DNA of 64,000 nucleotides from positions 32,001 to 96,000 of IMG/VR virus record IMGVR_UViG_3300038335_000014. One strand, written 5' to 3'. The translations under genes were made by a program, and so were the position numbers. Shown here piece after piece: positions 26,601 through 36,200 of the stretch. The notes beneath the pieces are model-generated. The model was not told the DNA's origin. It searched no databases and saw only the letters and a list, made by a program, of their open reading frames with translations. Numbering within the stretch: position 1 is the first letter of the stretch; each line of letters starts with the position of its first letter. The stretch comes from a virus (taxonomy: Duplodnaviria; Caudoviricetes).

Positions 26601-29525
26601 ACGCACGATATCATTAACCGCGAATTGTGAAAGACTATCCGAATAAATTGTTGTACATGTACCAGCACTATAAGTACCAGCAAAACAATCGAGTGTAACT
26701 GCTGGTCTTATCATTGTATGACCACCAACAACACTTATCTCGTCTTTTATAAAGACTGCTGTTCTGATTGATCCCCTTGCACAAACGTTATTAAATTCTG
26801 CATTGCCGATACAATCTATTTTCCAACCACTGTTTCCTGTTACAAAATTGCCTGTTTGCATTATACCTGTGGCTGTGAGTATTATCCCACATGATGCTGA
26901 GTGAATACACCCATTTGTAACGCACCAACCACCAATATTACCTACACATGAATATAAGCAACCTGTAAAGCAACCAGCACATGCATAAATTGTACCTGTA
27001 AAGCAACCAGCACACGCATAAATTGTACCTGATATTTCAACATTACCTGTGTTGCTGATGTTAACAGTTCTACAAGAACCATTCCATGCTTGGAAACCAG
27101 CACAAGTGAGCATTACACCGGAAACAACACCATTTCCAACATTGCAAGCACTTCTAAAGTCTTTGGCTATGATCTGTTGAGCTGTTAATTTTTCAGTAGT
27201 TACAGATTCAGCTTCGATGTCACCATTTTTAACTTGTAATGGAACAGATGAAGCCGACCAAGCAGACATGGCAGATTCATTACCGCTTGTATCTACGGCA
27301 ATCGCGGCGTAAGTTCTGGCAGCATAGCCAGAACCACGATCAGTATCACTGAATAACTGAGAAGGCCAATTTTCATCAAGTAGTTCTTCTGCTGCTATAC
27401 CAATTTTTCGATAGACTTTAAAATGTGAAAAATCATCAGGAATACCACCAGATACCGTGATGTAAAACGACACACCACCGATAATCGGGTTCATATCGGC
27501 AACTGTTGGTGTTCCCGGTGCTACAACGTCACCAGTCATTGTTTTAAATGACTCGGCTCCCGGCTGACCATAATAATGTTTATCACCAGATTCTATTGCT
27601 ATATCTGAGTAAATACCAGCAGAACTTATTGAAACAAGTCTGAAGTTGTAATTACCAGCTTCTACGCCCTTCCAAAGTGCTGATATTCTAGTAGCATCGA
27701 CTGTAAAATCAAGAGGTCTAAATGATGTATCTGGGTCGCCAACTGGTTTAAAGTAAAGAGCAACTAATTGAACATTTGTTGTTGGTTTTACAAAAACGAC
27801 ATCAACTCTTGTTTGAATAGTTCCATCGGTCATTTTTTCATTAACAATAGCCAACGAACTCATTGTTGGTTTCGCTGGTATATTATATGGTGAATACTGA
27901 CTACCGCTGGTTTCTGCGCCTGTTCCGGGGTCTGTAAACACATAAACAGATGCAGAATATTCTTTAACTTCTATCGTTGTCTGCTCTTGGTTTCGTTTAA
28001 TTGATGTAACAACGAACTCTTTTTCTGACCAACCAAAACGCGGCGAAGTAACTTTTACAACTTCACCAGCATCAAGATCACCAATTCCAACTTCGGTAGT
28101 GATTGATGTTCTTTTAAGTTGTTTGGTGATGTTTTTTAAATAATATTGTGCAAGTTTATGGGCTGTTGTATCATCTTTAATCAGCTTAAATTCAAGTGTT
28201 TCGGTGTTCCACTTATTTATTCTTGCAGCATGTGCGGTATCTTTTAAGTTAGGGTCAAGCAATGGTGATTCTTCATGAACACCGGGTTTTTTGTTAAAAT
28301 CACCACGCTCAAAGTTCCATGAGTAACTAAGCCTGACTCTATTTGTTTGCTCGTCAATATCTGGCTCTTCCCACGGCGTTAAATCGCAATGAAACCCTTC
28401 AGCACCAGTTTCATCAAAATGAACTCCAGATAATACCTTTGTAGCATCAATTGTTAATTTGATTTTGCCAGCTTCTTCAAGAATGTTACCACGACAACAA
28501 CGAAGAATTTCATTCAACCATTCACCAAACTCAGCCGTGTTGTCTATTACGCCATCTATCTTAAACCCTTGATTCGCGCATTCAAGAATAGCATCTGCAA
28601 AATCTAAGTCGGCTGTTGGTAAGCCAAGACCGTAACCTTCATAACCTGTTGTTGGCTTGGTCATCAAATTATAAAGAATCTGTGCAGGATTTCTTTCTGC
28701 ATCAGTGTTGCCAGCATTCCTTATACCATAAATATCGGCATAAATCTGGCTTACTTCACCATCTGGCGTAACAGGATCGGCAGGTTCTTCAATACCACCA
28801 ACAATTTTATAAAGTTGAATATAAGCAAAACCGGGATATTCTGAGGTTACACCACCAACGACTTCAGGACTACCAGAAGACCCTGTTCCATGAAACACTC
28901 TGAACTTTATTTCTTCGCTTTCTGGGGTTGGCTTGTAGCCATTTTTACCAGTTGTTACGTCGTAAACAAGCGTTTTATCGAAATATAGTTTACGAATCCG
29001 ATACAAAGGCCCAGAACCTATGATGAATTCTGATCTGAAAAGGTTTACCCAAGCCAGAGGGATTCTATCGACTGTACCAAATGGTATTGGAATAGCATTC
29101 CAACTCTCATTTAAACCATTCTGAGAGTAATAATCATATGCTATTTGTGCATCTGGTATGCGACTTTTAAGATATTCATAGCCGCTTTCCATGACGGTTA
29201 GTGATATTTCATCACCAAATGAATTAAGCTTGCTTACTTTACCTGTGAACTTCTGATAATTTTTTGTGCCTTCTTTAAAAAGGAAGGTCACTTTCATGTT
29301 CAGAAAGCCACTAACAGATTCAATCGTGTTGAAATATTGATCTCTGTTGTCTAAGAGCAATTCCATTGAACGGATTCTATTACCGTTCTTTTCAGAGATT
29401 TCAAATTGTCTGTTAAGATCAAATGTGTTCGCAATGCGAGGTTCCCAGTACCTGTTATCATAATCCAGCGGCTCTGACGCTAGATAGTATGTTGATGCAC
29501 CAAAAACAGCAATGACTCTGAGCAT
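23652..29525 (-). CDS. tail tip/central fibre protein with Cys-rich beta-repeat fibre and C-terminal peptidase S74-like intramolecular chaperone
   Basis: N-half tail-tip motifs (RNPAQILYNLMT, GKIKL, FN3-like), GTxxAxxGxFTG and IGGW fibre repeats, STRTRKQN...APTAED...coiled-coil C-terminus. Confidence 0.82.
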   Translation of the reverse strand: MLRVIAVFGASTYYLASEPLDYDNRYWEPRIANTFDLNRQFEISEKNGNRIRSMELLLDNRDQYFNTIESVSGFLNMKVTFLFKEGTKNYQKFTGKVSKLNSFGDEISLTVMESGYEYLKSRIPDAQIAYDYYSQNGLNESWNAIPIPFGTVDRIPLAWVNLFRSEFIIGSGPLYRIRKLYFDKTLVYDVTTGKNGYKPTPESEEIKFRVFHGTGSSGSPEVVGGVTSEYPGFAYIQLYKIVGGIEEPADPVTPDGEVSQIYADIYGIRNAGNTDAERNPAQILYNLMTKPTTGYEGYGLGLPTADLDFADAILECANQGFKIDGVIDNTAEFGEWLNEILRCCRGNILEEAGKIKLTIDATKVLSGVHFDETGAEGFHCDLTPWEEPDIDEQTNRVRLSYSWNFERGDFNKKPGVHEESPLLDPNLKDTAHAARINKWNTETLEFKLIKDDTTAHKLAQYYLKNITKQLKRTSITTEVGIGDLDAGEVVKVTSPRFGWSEKEFVVTSIKRNQEQTTIEVKEYSASVYVFTDPGTGAETSGSQYSPYNIPAKPTMSSLAIVNEKMTDGTIQTRVDVVFVKPTTNVQLVALYFKPVGDPDTSFRPLDFTVDATRISALWKGVEAGNYNFRLVSISSAGIYSDIAIESGDKHYYGQPGAESFKTMTGDVVAPGTPTVADMNPIIGGVSFYITVSGGIPDDFSHFKVYRKIGIAAEELLDENWPSQLFSDTDRGSGYAARTYAAIAVDTSGNESAMSAWSASSVPLQVKNGDIEAESVTTEKLTAQQIIAKDFRSACNVGNGVVSGVMLTCAGFQAWNGSCRTVNISNTGNVEISGTIYACAGCFTGTIYACAGCFTGCLYSCVGNIGGWCVTNGCIHSASCGIILTATGIMQTGNFVTGNSGWKIDCIGNAEFNNVCARGSIRTAVFIKDEISVVGGHTMIRPAVTLDCFAGTYSAGTCTTIYSDSLSQFAVNDIVRVKDGLNDSWGRVTCIGCSQAYPTLDYMFVIMCSGTCGWTPTKGQAVVNYGCCCGCGGICMNGQAPYIDLYTHAGSPWAGTTSRVRIGNLNGWGTLGVTYGIAVGCPTGQYMTYDTVSGILNLKGAIIIGSSGIANFSDAGALATVNNLDGVPNGVYSAKTYLGSSLINNYSISNNLYGWPTCSGLVTVAKDGVNIRAHAISTNQCVQVIADNYTEIDPSHTYKFSMSLKKDIAGGTHYIGLYVYDCNCTLLNVWPLSTADGSCGTANNNFYFVAGVASAATWVDYEMYIMPSYIAAKDVPRGLNSQSHAKVPANAKYLKLRYLNWSNAAVTRVMHVYSPSLVNVDTSNQNAIYRGLSTTGALISRVVPACTAAPSGAGLYLGSDYMGYYDGGAWKTFMNNTGCFYLGGTSGGLQWNGSALTVCGTVCATSGCFTGSITSCLGTIGGWTIGSNYLHNITAGAGSIYLCSAGYTIFVGACTAAAILGYTNLGRMYYNGAYLNAVGFSVGLCGPSLPVAIGVATLGTVALPSGTTVAATCPFFYVGSGSTAYMQYYDGVLNVKGVICATSGTFTGAVCATSGTFTGTVCASAGTFTGTVCTAALTATCGTIGGWSITPTYMCGTGVYLYPAYGVYTTHAGSHAMHGKMYDCNTWICAFGYSVTQTTARASFLAGVACTAYVAPSGTTIAINCPFFYVGSGSTAYMQYYNGVLNVKGVICATSGTFTGAVCASSGCVANICVCTNCLHTRLGTATDYVENKIYSGAGTAYGFESICVGGGVVLSTVRIRAFTDIPLYVYTPTTNMAICAVGCVYSIACNCSITGFASVRFGVYGQALVSHAIIGIAPSYGIVGQATTSYPVVGNGAYYNESTRTRKQNFEDIYVLPGLRTVCIQKWLWADCNQRGFDEFIAPTAEDVSRAWGLTFADDGYYTLDGIALKAAQEIDENVQVHDTCIEYLKNENIELKSCIGSLSDKMRIIEERLGIN
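24441..24989. repeat. two near-identical ~93-nt direct repeats inside the fibre gene (24441-24533, 24897-24989)
   Basis: Both encode PFFYVGSGSTAYMQYY[DN]GVLNVKGVICATSG; two mismatches. Confidence 0.85.
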
Positions 29526-29537
29526 TAAAGCACCCCG

Positions 29538-30296
29538 TTAAACAATTTCGTCAAACTGGAAACCCATGTTTAAAACCTTACCCAAGAAGTAATCTCTGGC
29601 ATAACCTGTATTCGCTCTTACCAGATAAACACTTGTCTTGTCTGTATCAAACTCCAAGTATAACACAAATGGCTGATAAGTTTTCACTATTTTATCATAC
29701 TCTGTTTTGGTGAATTTATCAAGATTACCTGAAAAAACCCTACGAGTTTTTCCTATTTTCTCAACTGACATGTAACCGCTTCTTGGAAATTCAAGAATGG
29801 ATAGTTTTGGTATCTCATTAACAGAGAATCCTGATTTTGGGTTCCATATCGTTGTAAATGTCCCAACCAACATATTACCAACCTTGAAATATGTTGGTTC
29901 AAACAATGGGGTTTGTGCAGGTATTCTTAATCGAACATAACGATAGTTCGTTGCTGTAATTTCAACAAATCTGTGGATATAAAGCTCATCAGCAACTTCA
30001 TCGGTAGTTAAACCGGTGACATGTTCTGCGAGAGTCCATGTAGAACCATTTGGGCTTGTTTCTATGTAGAATTCTGCGAAATTTATTCTATTGATAAAGA
30101 TTCCGTTATAAGAATACAACCCACCAAGATCATAACGGATAATCTGTTCTGCGATTACTGATGTACTTTTCCAACACTTTACAGGCTGTAAACTTTTCAA
30201 GTTCGATTTTGGAAAGTTTGTATCTTCGGTGGTTGCTGTGATTGTTACAGACGAATCGTTTTCATTCTGTGGGTAAAAGTCAACTAATTGTTTCAT
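29538..30296 (-). CDS. distal tail protein-like with discoidin-like domain
   Basis: Between tape measure and tip; F.IETS.NG.TWT...YRYVRL motif. Confidence 0.6.
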   Translation of the reverse strand: MKQLVDFYPQNENDSSVTITATTEDTNFPKSNLKSLQPVKCWKSTSVIAEQIIRYDLGGLYSYNGIFINRINFAEFYIETSPNGSTWTLAEHVTGLTTDEVADELYIHRFVEITATNYRYVRLRIPAQTPLFEPTYFKVGNMLVGTFTTIWNPKSGFSVNEIPKLSILEFPRSGYMSVEKIGKTRRVFSGNLDKFTKTEYDKIVKTYQPFVLYLEFDTDKTSVYLVRANTGYARDYFLGKVLNMGFQFDEIV

Positions 30297-30299
30297 GTA

Positions 30300-33200
30300 T
30301 TACCTGCCTATCCCAAGCATTTTCTTCTTGTATTCCTCGATAAGAGTCATCGCCTTTGGATCATTGCTTTTAACAGCTTCCAGCATTCTATCAAGCATCT
30401 GCTGGCCGTTTCTGGTAGAACCAACATCTAAAAAGTAGACATCACCCTTAGCTGTCTGTTTTTCTTCGGCAATTCTCATTCTCATGGTTTCTTCGATCTT
30501 ACCGAACATATCTTCAAGAGAACGATTCATTTCTTCCGCTTTGGCTTTCATCTTCTCGGCGTTTTCGATCATGAGGTTAAACAGGTCATTCTGAGCCGTA
30601 AACCATTCTTCAGACTTTTCTTCAGAATTGCCTATTCTTGTCTGTATAACATCCTTATTAAACTGGAACCATGCATCATAAGGATCGGAATAGCCAGACA
30701 TATCTAGTGATGTGCCACCCATTGCATCTTTTAAACCACTCATTTCAGAAGAACCCATGACCTGATTGTAAAGACTGAAATCTTCCATGTCCTTAATCGT
30801 TCCAAGCATTGATGAAGTAAGGTTTCCTTTTCTACCAATAAGCATCAGATCATCGTAAAGGGTTGTTGCCATCATATTGAAGCCATCAGAAATAGCGTTA
30901 CCAAACACACCGATGCTTTCATCCGCGACACTCAAATAACCAGATTTAATAACACCATTCACACCACCGGCAAGTTCTTTGTAGAACTCAGACAATTGAA
31001 GTGTGTTATCCAGAAGTGCCATACTTCTATCAAATTCGGTCATTGCAGAATCAGCAATCAAGTTTGTATTAACTGTCGCCAATGTATTGTATCTGTCTGT
31101 TATTGCGCTATCAACATTGCCCAATAGATTATTTATTGCTGTTTTAGTCAAAGAAATTTGATTACCAACAGTTGCAGATTTTATTGTGAGTTCTATATCT
31201 TTGTTCAAATCTTCAATAATTTCTTCTAGTGTTTTAGAATACGTATTGATTGTTTCTTGAACTGTTTCTTCAACCTGCATTGTGTAGTTTATGGTTCCCA
31301 TTGGAGTACCATTTGCACCCCATTGTTTATCAAGAATGGTACCACCAGCGGCTTTTATGTCTTTGTATGTTTTCGTAAACCAGTCTACATATGCCTTGTG
31401 TGCATCATTCCCAGAAATGAGATCCCCGCGAATACTGGCACGAAGATTTGTAGGAATCTGCATGGTTGCTTGTAGTGTTTTTGTATTAAAAACACCAGTC
31501 CCACGCATTTCACCAAGTTGAGAGTATTTTTGTGAGTATTTTAAAACGTCTTCTTCAGTATATTTACCACTTTTGAATTTTTCAATCTCTTTGTATTTTC
31601 CTGTTACATCGGCAAGAATAGTTCCTGTAGATGTTGAAGATTGTGCAAGCTGATATATTTCAGCAGCAGCAGATGAAATAGCACTTATCGTATCTTTTGT
31701 AATGGTTTTAAGCTGATTTGATAAATCAACTTCCAAACCAAGTAGATTCATTTTCGATTCATACCACTCCATTGTACCAGATGTGAATTCTGCATGTCTG
31801 GCTTTTTCGATTTCAATAGCAGTTTTCGCCATTGTTATTGAATCTTCGCCAAAGAAACTATTAATATAAGCCGAGTATTCCATCTGTTTATAAATGGTTT
31901 CTTTTTCAAGCTTCAATATCTCTTCTTTTGCTTGCCAGTTGGCGAATTCTTGATCAAGAAGTTGATTGCGGTAATCATCCATTTTTTCATATTTATCTGC
32001 GGCTGTATATGATGATGTAGCATAACGATCATATTCTGTTTTAATCATAGACAACTTTTTGATATCATATGACTGCTGTTCTCTCAGCGATTTCAATGAG
32101 TTGGTTTCGGCTGTTTTCTGAATAGTTTTCATATTACCATAATGTTGCTGTCCAGCAGACATCAACATCTTGTAATAACTATCCATCGAATTCAAATAAC
32201 TGCTTGCATCAGTTGAGGCATGTTTCTCTTTCGGGCCTTTAAACCACCCATCACCAGATTTCCATGTGCGGTAATCAACGCTACCAAACGAATAATCTTG
32301 AATACCAGAAGTATTACCCATGTAATAACCAATAGCGTCAGAACCGCGACGATTTATAGAAGCGGCTCGTCTTGCGTTGTAATCATCAAGAGATGCTTGA
32401 GCACCAGCGGTTTTATCCTTAGTACCACCAAACAAACGTCCGGGTGATGAAAGGAATGACAATGCACCAGCTATTCCAAGACCAGAAAGCGGTGTAATCT
32501 TACCGATTCCAAGTTTGCTGAGAAGACCACCAGAAGAAGCTGTTTTAGCTGTTCCTGATTTTATAACAGTGTCGAGAATATTTGAACCCGGAAGGAAACT
32601 TGCGGCTTTCGACAATAGATTACCAGTTATTGTACTAGAACCACCACCCAAAGAGGTAGCCACACTGCTAAGATCAACACCACTTGCGACTGTTTTATTG
32701 CTACCAAACAACCCACCAATTAAACCACCTAAACCACCATTTCCACCGAGCAAACCACTTAAACCACCACCAGACGATTGACCACCATTTAAAGCACCTT
32801 GTATATCAACACCAAGGATCATCTTCGTAGCACTGATAGCAGCCATCTGTGAAATGATTTTCAGGATGCTATGTTGAATAGACTTGGCTACATTCCTGAA
32901 CATATCACCAATATTAGCGATTTCGCCAGTCATTAACCCGAAAAATCCTTGATCAAAAGTCTGCATCAAGCTAGAGTTGAGTTCTTTACCAGCTTCATAC
33001 ATAACTTGGAAAGATGTCAGGAATTCGTTCTGGGATGCCTGTATGCCTTTGCTAAATGAGTCGCCAGCACTTACCCCTTGACCTTCTTCAAGCAACGCAG
33101 CATACTGGCTATAATAAGCAGTACGTTCTTCTTTTGTAGCCATGTAATTATTCTGTTCATTAGACAACTTTTGAATGTTGTTAATGCGCTTAATTGCAGA

Positions 33201-36200
33201 GAGATTTTTTTCTATTTCCATTCTCTGTGTTTTATAAGCGAGATTATTCTGTTCAATAACTTTATAATGTTCAACTGTTGTCTTCATCAACGCTTTGGTG
33301 CTGACATCTGTTATATTTGTAAGCTTAATGGCTTCTTCAAATGAGATGTTCCGTGATTTCATTGTTGAAGTAACAGTTCCCATCGCCTGATAAAACAACG
33401 ATTGGTCTTTTGGTGATAGACCATCAGCAAGACCCGCGTAAACCGTTTGTTGGGCGGCTTCTTCAGCCATTTTAGCCATTAAATCATTTTGAAATTCTTT
33501 AATGTTGCTACCAACGATGTCAATGTAATCATAAGATTTGCCTTCAAGAACAGAACCCCAAGCATCGTTGGTCATTTCTACTTCTTTGGTTATCTGTTCA
33601 CCAATTAAATTATATTGGTTCGGGGCATCCGCTATGAAATCAATGTATTCTTTTGTAATTTTTTGTCGTTCTTCAATAATCCCTGCTATGTTTTTTAACT
33701 GAGGTAACGAACCACTCATTAAAGATTTATAAGAATAATCAAAGATATCCTTGGCACCTTTCACAATGCCTTGATTTATTAAATCATACTCTATATTATC
33801 TTTACTTCCAGCTTTACCCTTTATTTGATTGTATTGTGCCATTAATGCTTTGCGTTTGGTTTCCAATGAGTTAATACGAGCAGGGCCAAATTTAGCTACA
33901 CCTTCTTCAGATTTAAATACTTCATCAAATTCTTTGTAAGAAGTAGCAATCAATTCAGCACCATCTTTGTAACCATTCTTGATAGCATCCATTGTTGGTT
34001 CATAAACGTTTTTAATAAATTCTGTAGCACGTTGGAAATTTTGATGTAAAAAGTCCTTCTTAGGAAGCTGTTTACTTGGTTTATTCCATTCGTCATTTAT
34101 GATACCCATTGAGTTCGTTATAACACCATACATGTCATTATAAGAAGCCATCATTGACATAAGACTTTCTTCTGTGTTTGTAATTCCCTCTTTGAATTCA
34201 ATGTGCATAACAGGGCCAAAGTTGGCTGTTGATTCTTCTCTGGTCATACCTTTGAACTTATCACCAAATATTGATGTATCTTTGTATTCAAGAATCAAAT
34301 TTGCTATATTTTCGTTGGCTTTCAGTGCATTAACAAGAGCTTCGAACTGTGGTGTCTGTACATCAGCAGCACTTAAAAGTTTACCACCGATGTTTGGTTG
34401 GTAATCAATTGCCAAACTTTTTCCATTTACATTATGTTTTGTATCAACACCACCTGCTCTATAACCACTGGTAACACCAACACCAAATCCTGCTGATTGA
34501 AATACATTGATCAACTCAGCACCAAGAATCTTAGCACCAGAATCAATACTCTTAACTCCTTCTTCGCCATGACCAAAGATCGGGCCAGAACGAGCCTTAA
34601 ATAAGGCTTCCTCTGCCGATAAAATCTTTGATTTAAGCATTTCATCAAGAGCCGCATTCGTTGTTGATGACTGTGGATTTAACAAGGTATCTAAACCTTT
34701 TTTTAACTCGTTTACAATGCCATAAAACTTATCACCTTTGTCATAACTATCGAGTTTATTACCTTCTATCCGATATTTATTAGCGATCTCGCCCATATCC
34801 ATACCGGATAGTTTTTTGACATTTTGAGACATTATCAAAACAGCACCTTTTGTATATTTTCCTGCATCTGTGTCTGGGTTCATCCGATTTGCTACATCAT
34901 CAAGAGCTGCAATCGCTTTGACTATCTGGCTTAATCCGTCTTCTCTTTTCATAAAGGCGGCAAGAAAACCAGCAGTATTTTTAGATAATCCTTGTGATAT
35001 CTTTGATTCTTCAACACCACTTATCTTAGATAATTGTGATGAAAATGAAACATTACCATATGGATTGTATTTATCAAAATTTTCAGAACCGATTGCGAAT
35101 TTTTTACCAATCAAATCAAATTGTCTGACTAATTCATCATTAGATGTTTTCCCGGTCATCCACATGTATATTTTATAAAATGGACTTGATTCCAGTTCAT
35201 CGCTTATTGATTGGAATGCAAAACGAATAGCACCAAACGTTTCTGTCACTGCAAAACCAACAGTAGCAATCGTTGCACCCCATGACAAAATTGTTGCACC
35301 GATACTTGTTAAACCCATCCCCCACTTCGCGGTTGCCAAAGTATTAGCAGCCATTGTGACCTGCCAAGCAGATTTTATTGTGTAAATGACAGCAACCAAG
35401 CTTGTGCCAAAACCACTAACCATCGCGAAAAGATTGCTTGGCCCGAAAAGCCACAAGTAAAACAACCCCTTACCTGTTTTATCGCCAAATAAATCTTTTA
35501 CACCAGTGAATTTCTCAATGACGCTAACAAGCAGGTCGATGTCTTTTTTCACTGATTTAAACATTCTCAACAGATAATTACCAACATCAACAGCTATTTT
35601 CTTTGTAGCTTTGAGGGTATCATTCAAGTAACCAAAGATATCAACTTCTGTAATTATTCTGTCAATGATTCTCAAAACAGCAGCAAACTTTTCAACAACA
35701 TCTACAGCAGATTGAAAAGCGTTCGTTGCTTCGACATTGATACCAAATAGTCTACCAAAACCAACAACGAGCTTTTCAATGATAGATAACAAGCTCTCAA
35801 GCGATGAGCCGAGTGAATTAGAAATACGATTTGTAACGTCTTTAAATTCAGCACTACCGGCAAATGCTTCTAACTCATCACGAACCTCTTTAAGTTTGCC
35901 AACAAACAGGTCATAGAAACCAGCGTTACCAATGGCACTCTGGAATTCAAACCACTTTCCTTCGATCTTACCAAGGATAGCACCAAACTGATTAGCAGCC
36001 ATTCCAAGGGTTTCTTCGTTGTAAAATTCTTTAAAATAATCAGACAACGCCTGTGACATTGCTTCTGGATCATTCTTTAATTCACGTAATGAACGACCAT
36101 CTTTTGAATAAATCAAGTTGACTGGTATTTCAAATCGTCTTTGTAGTGAACGTAAGTCACCAGACAATGCTTCACGTAATGAGAACTGAGCACCAGCAAG

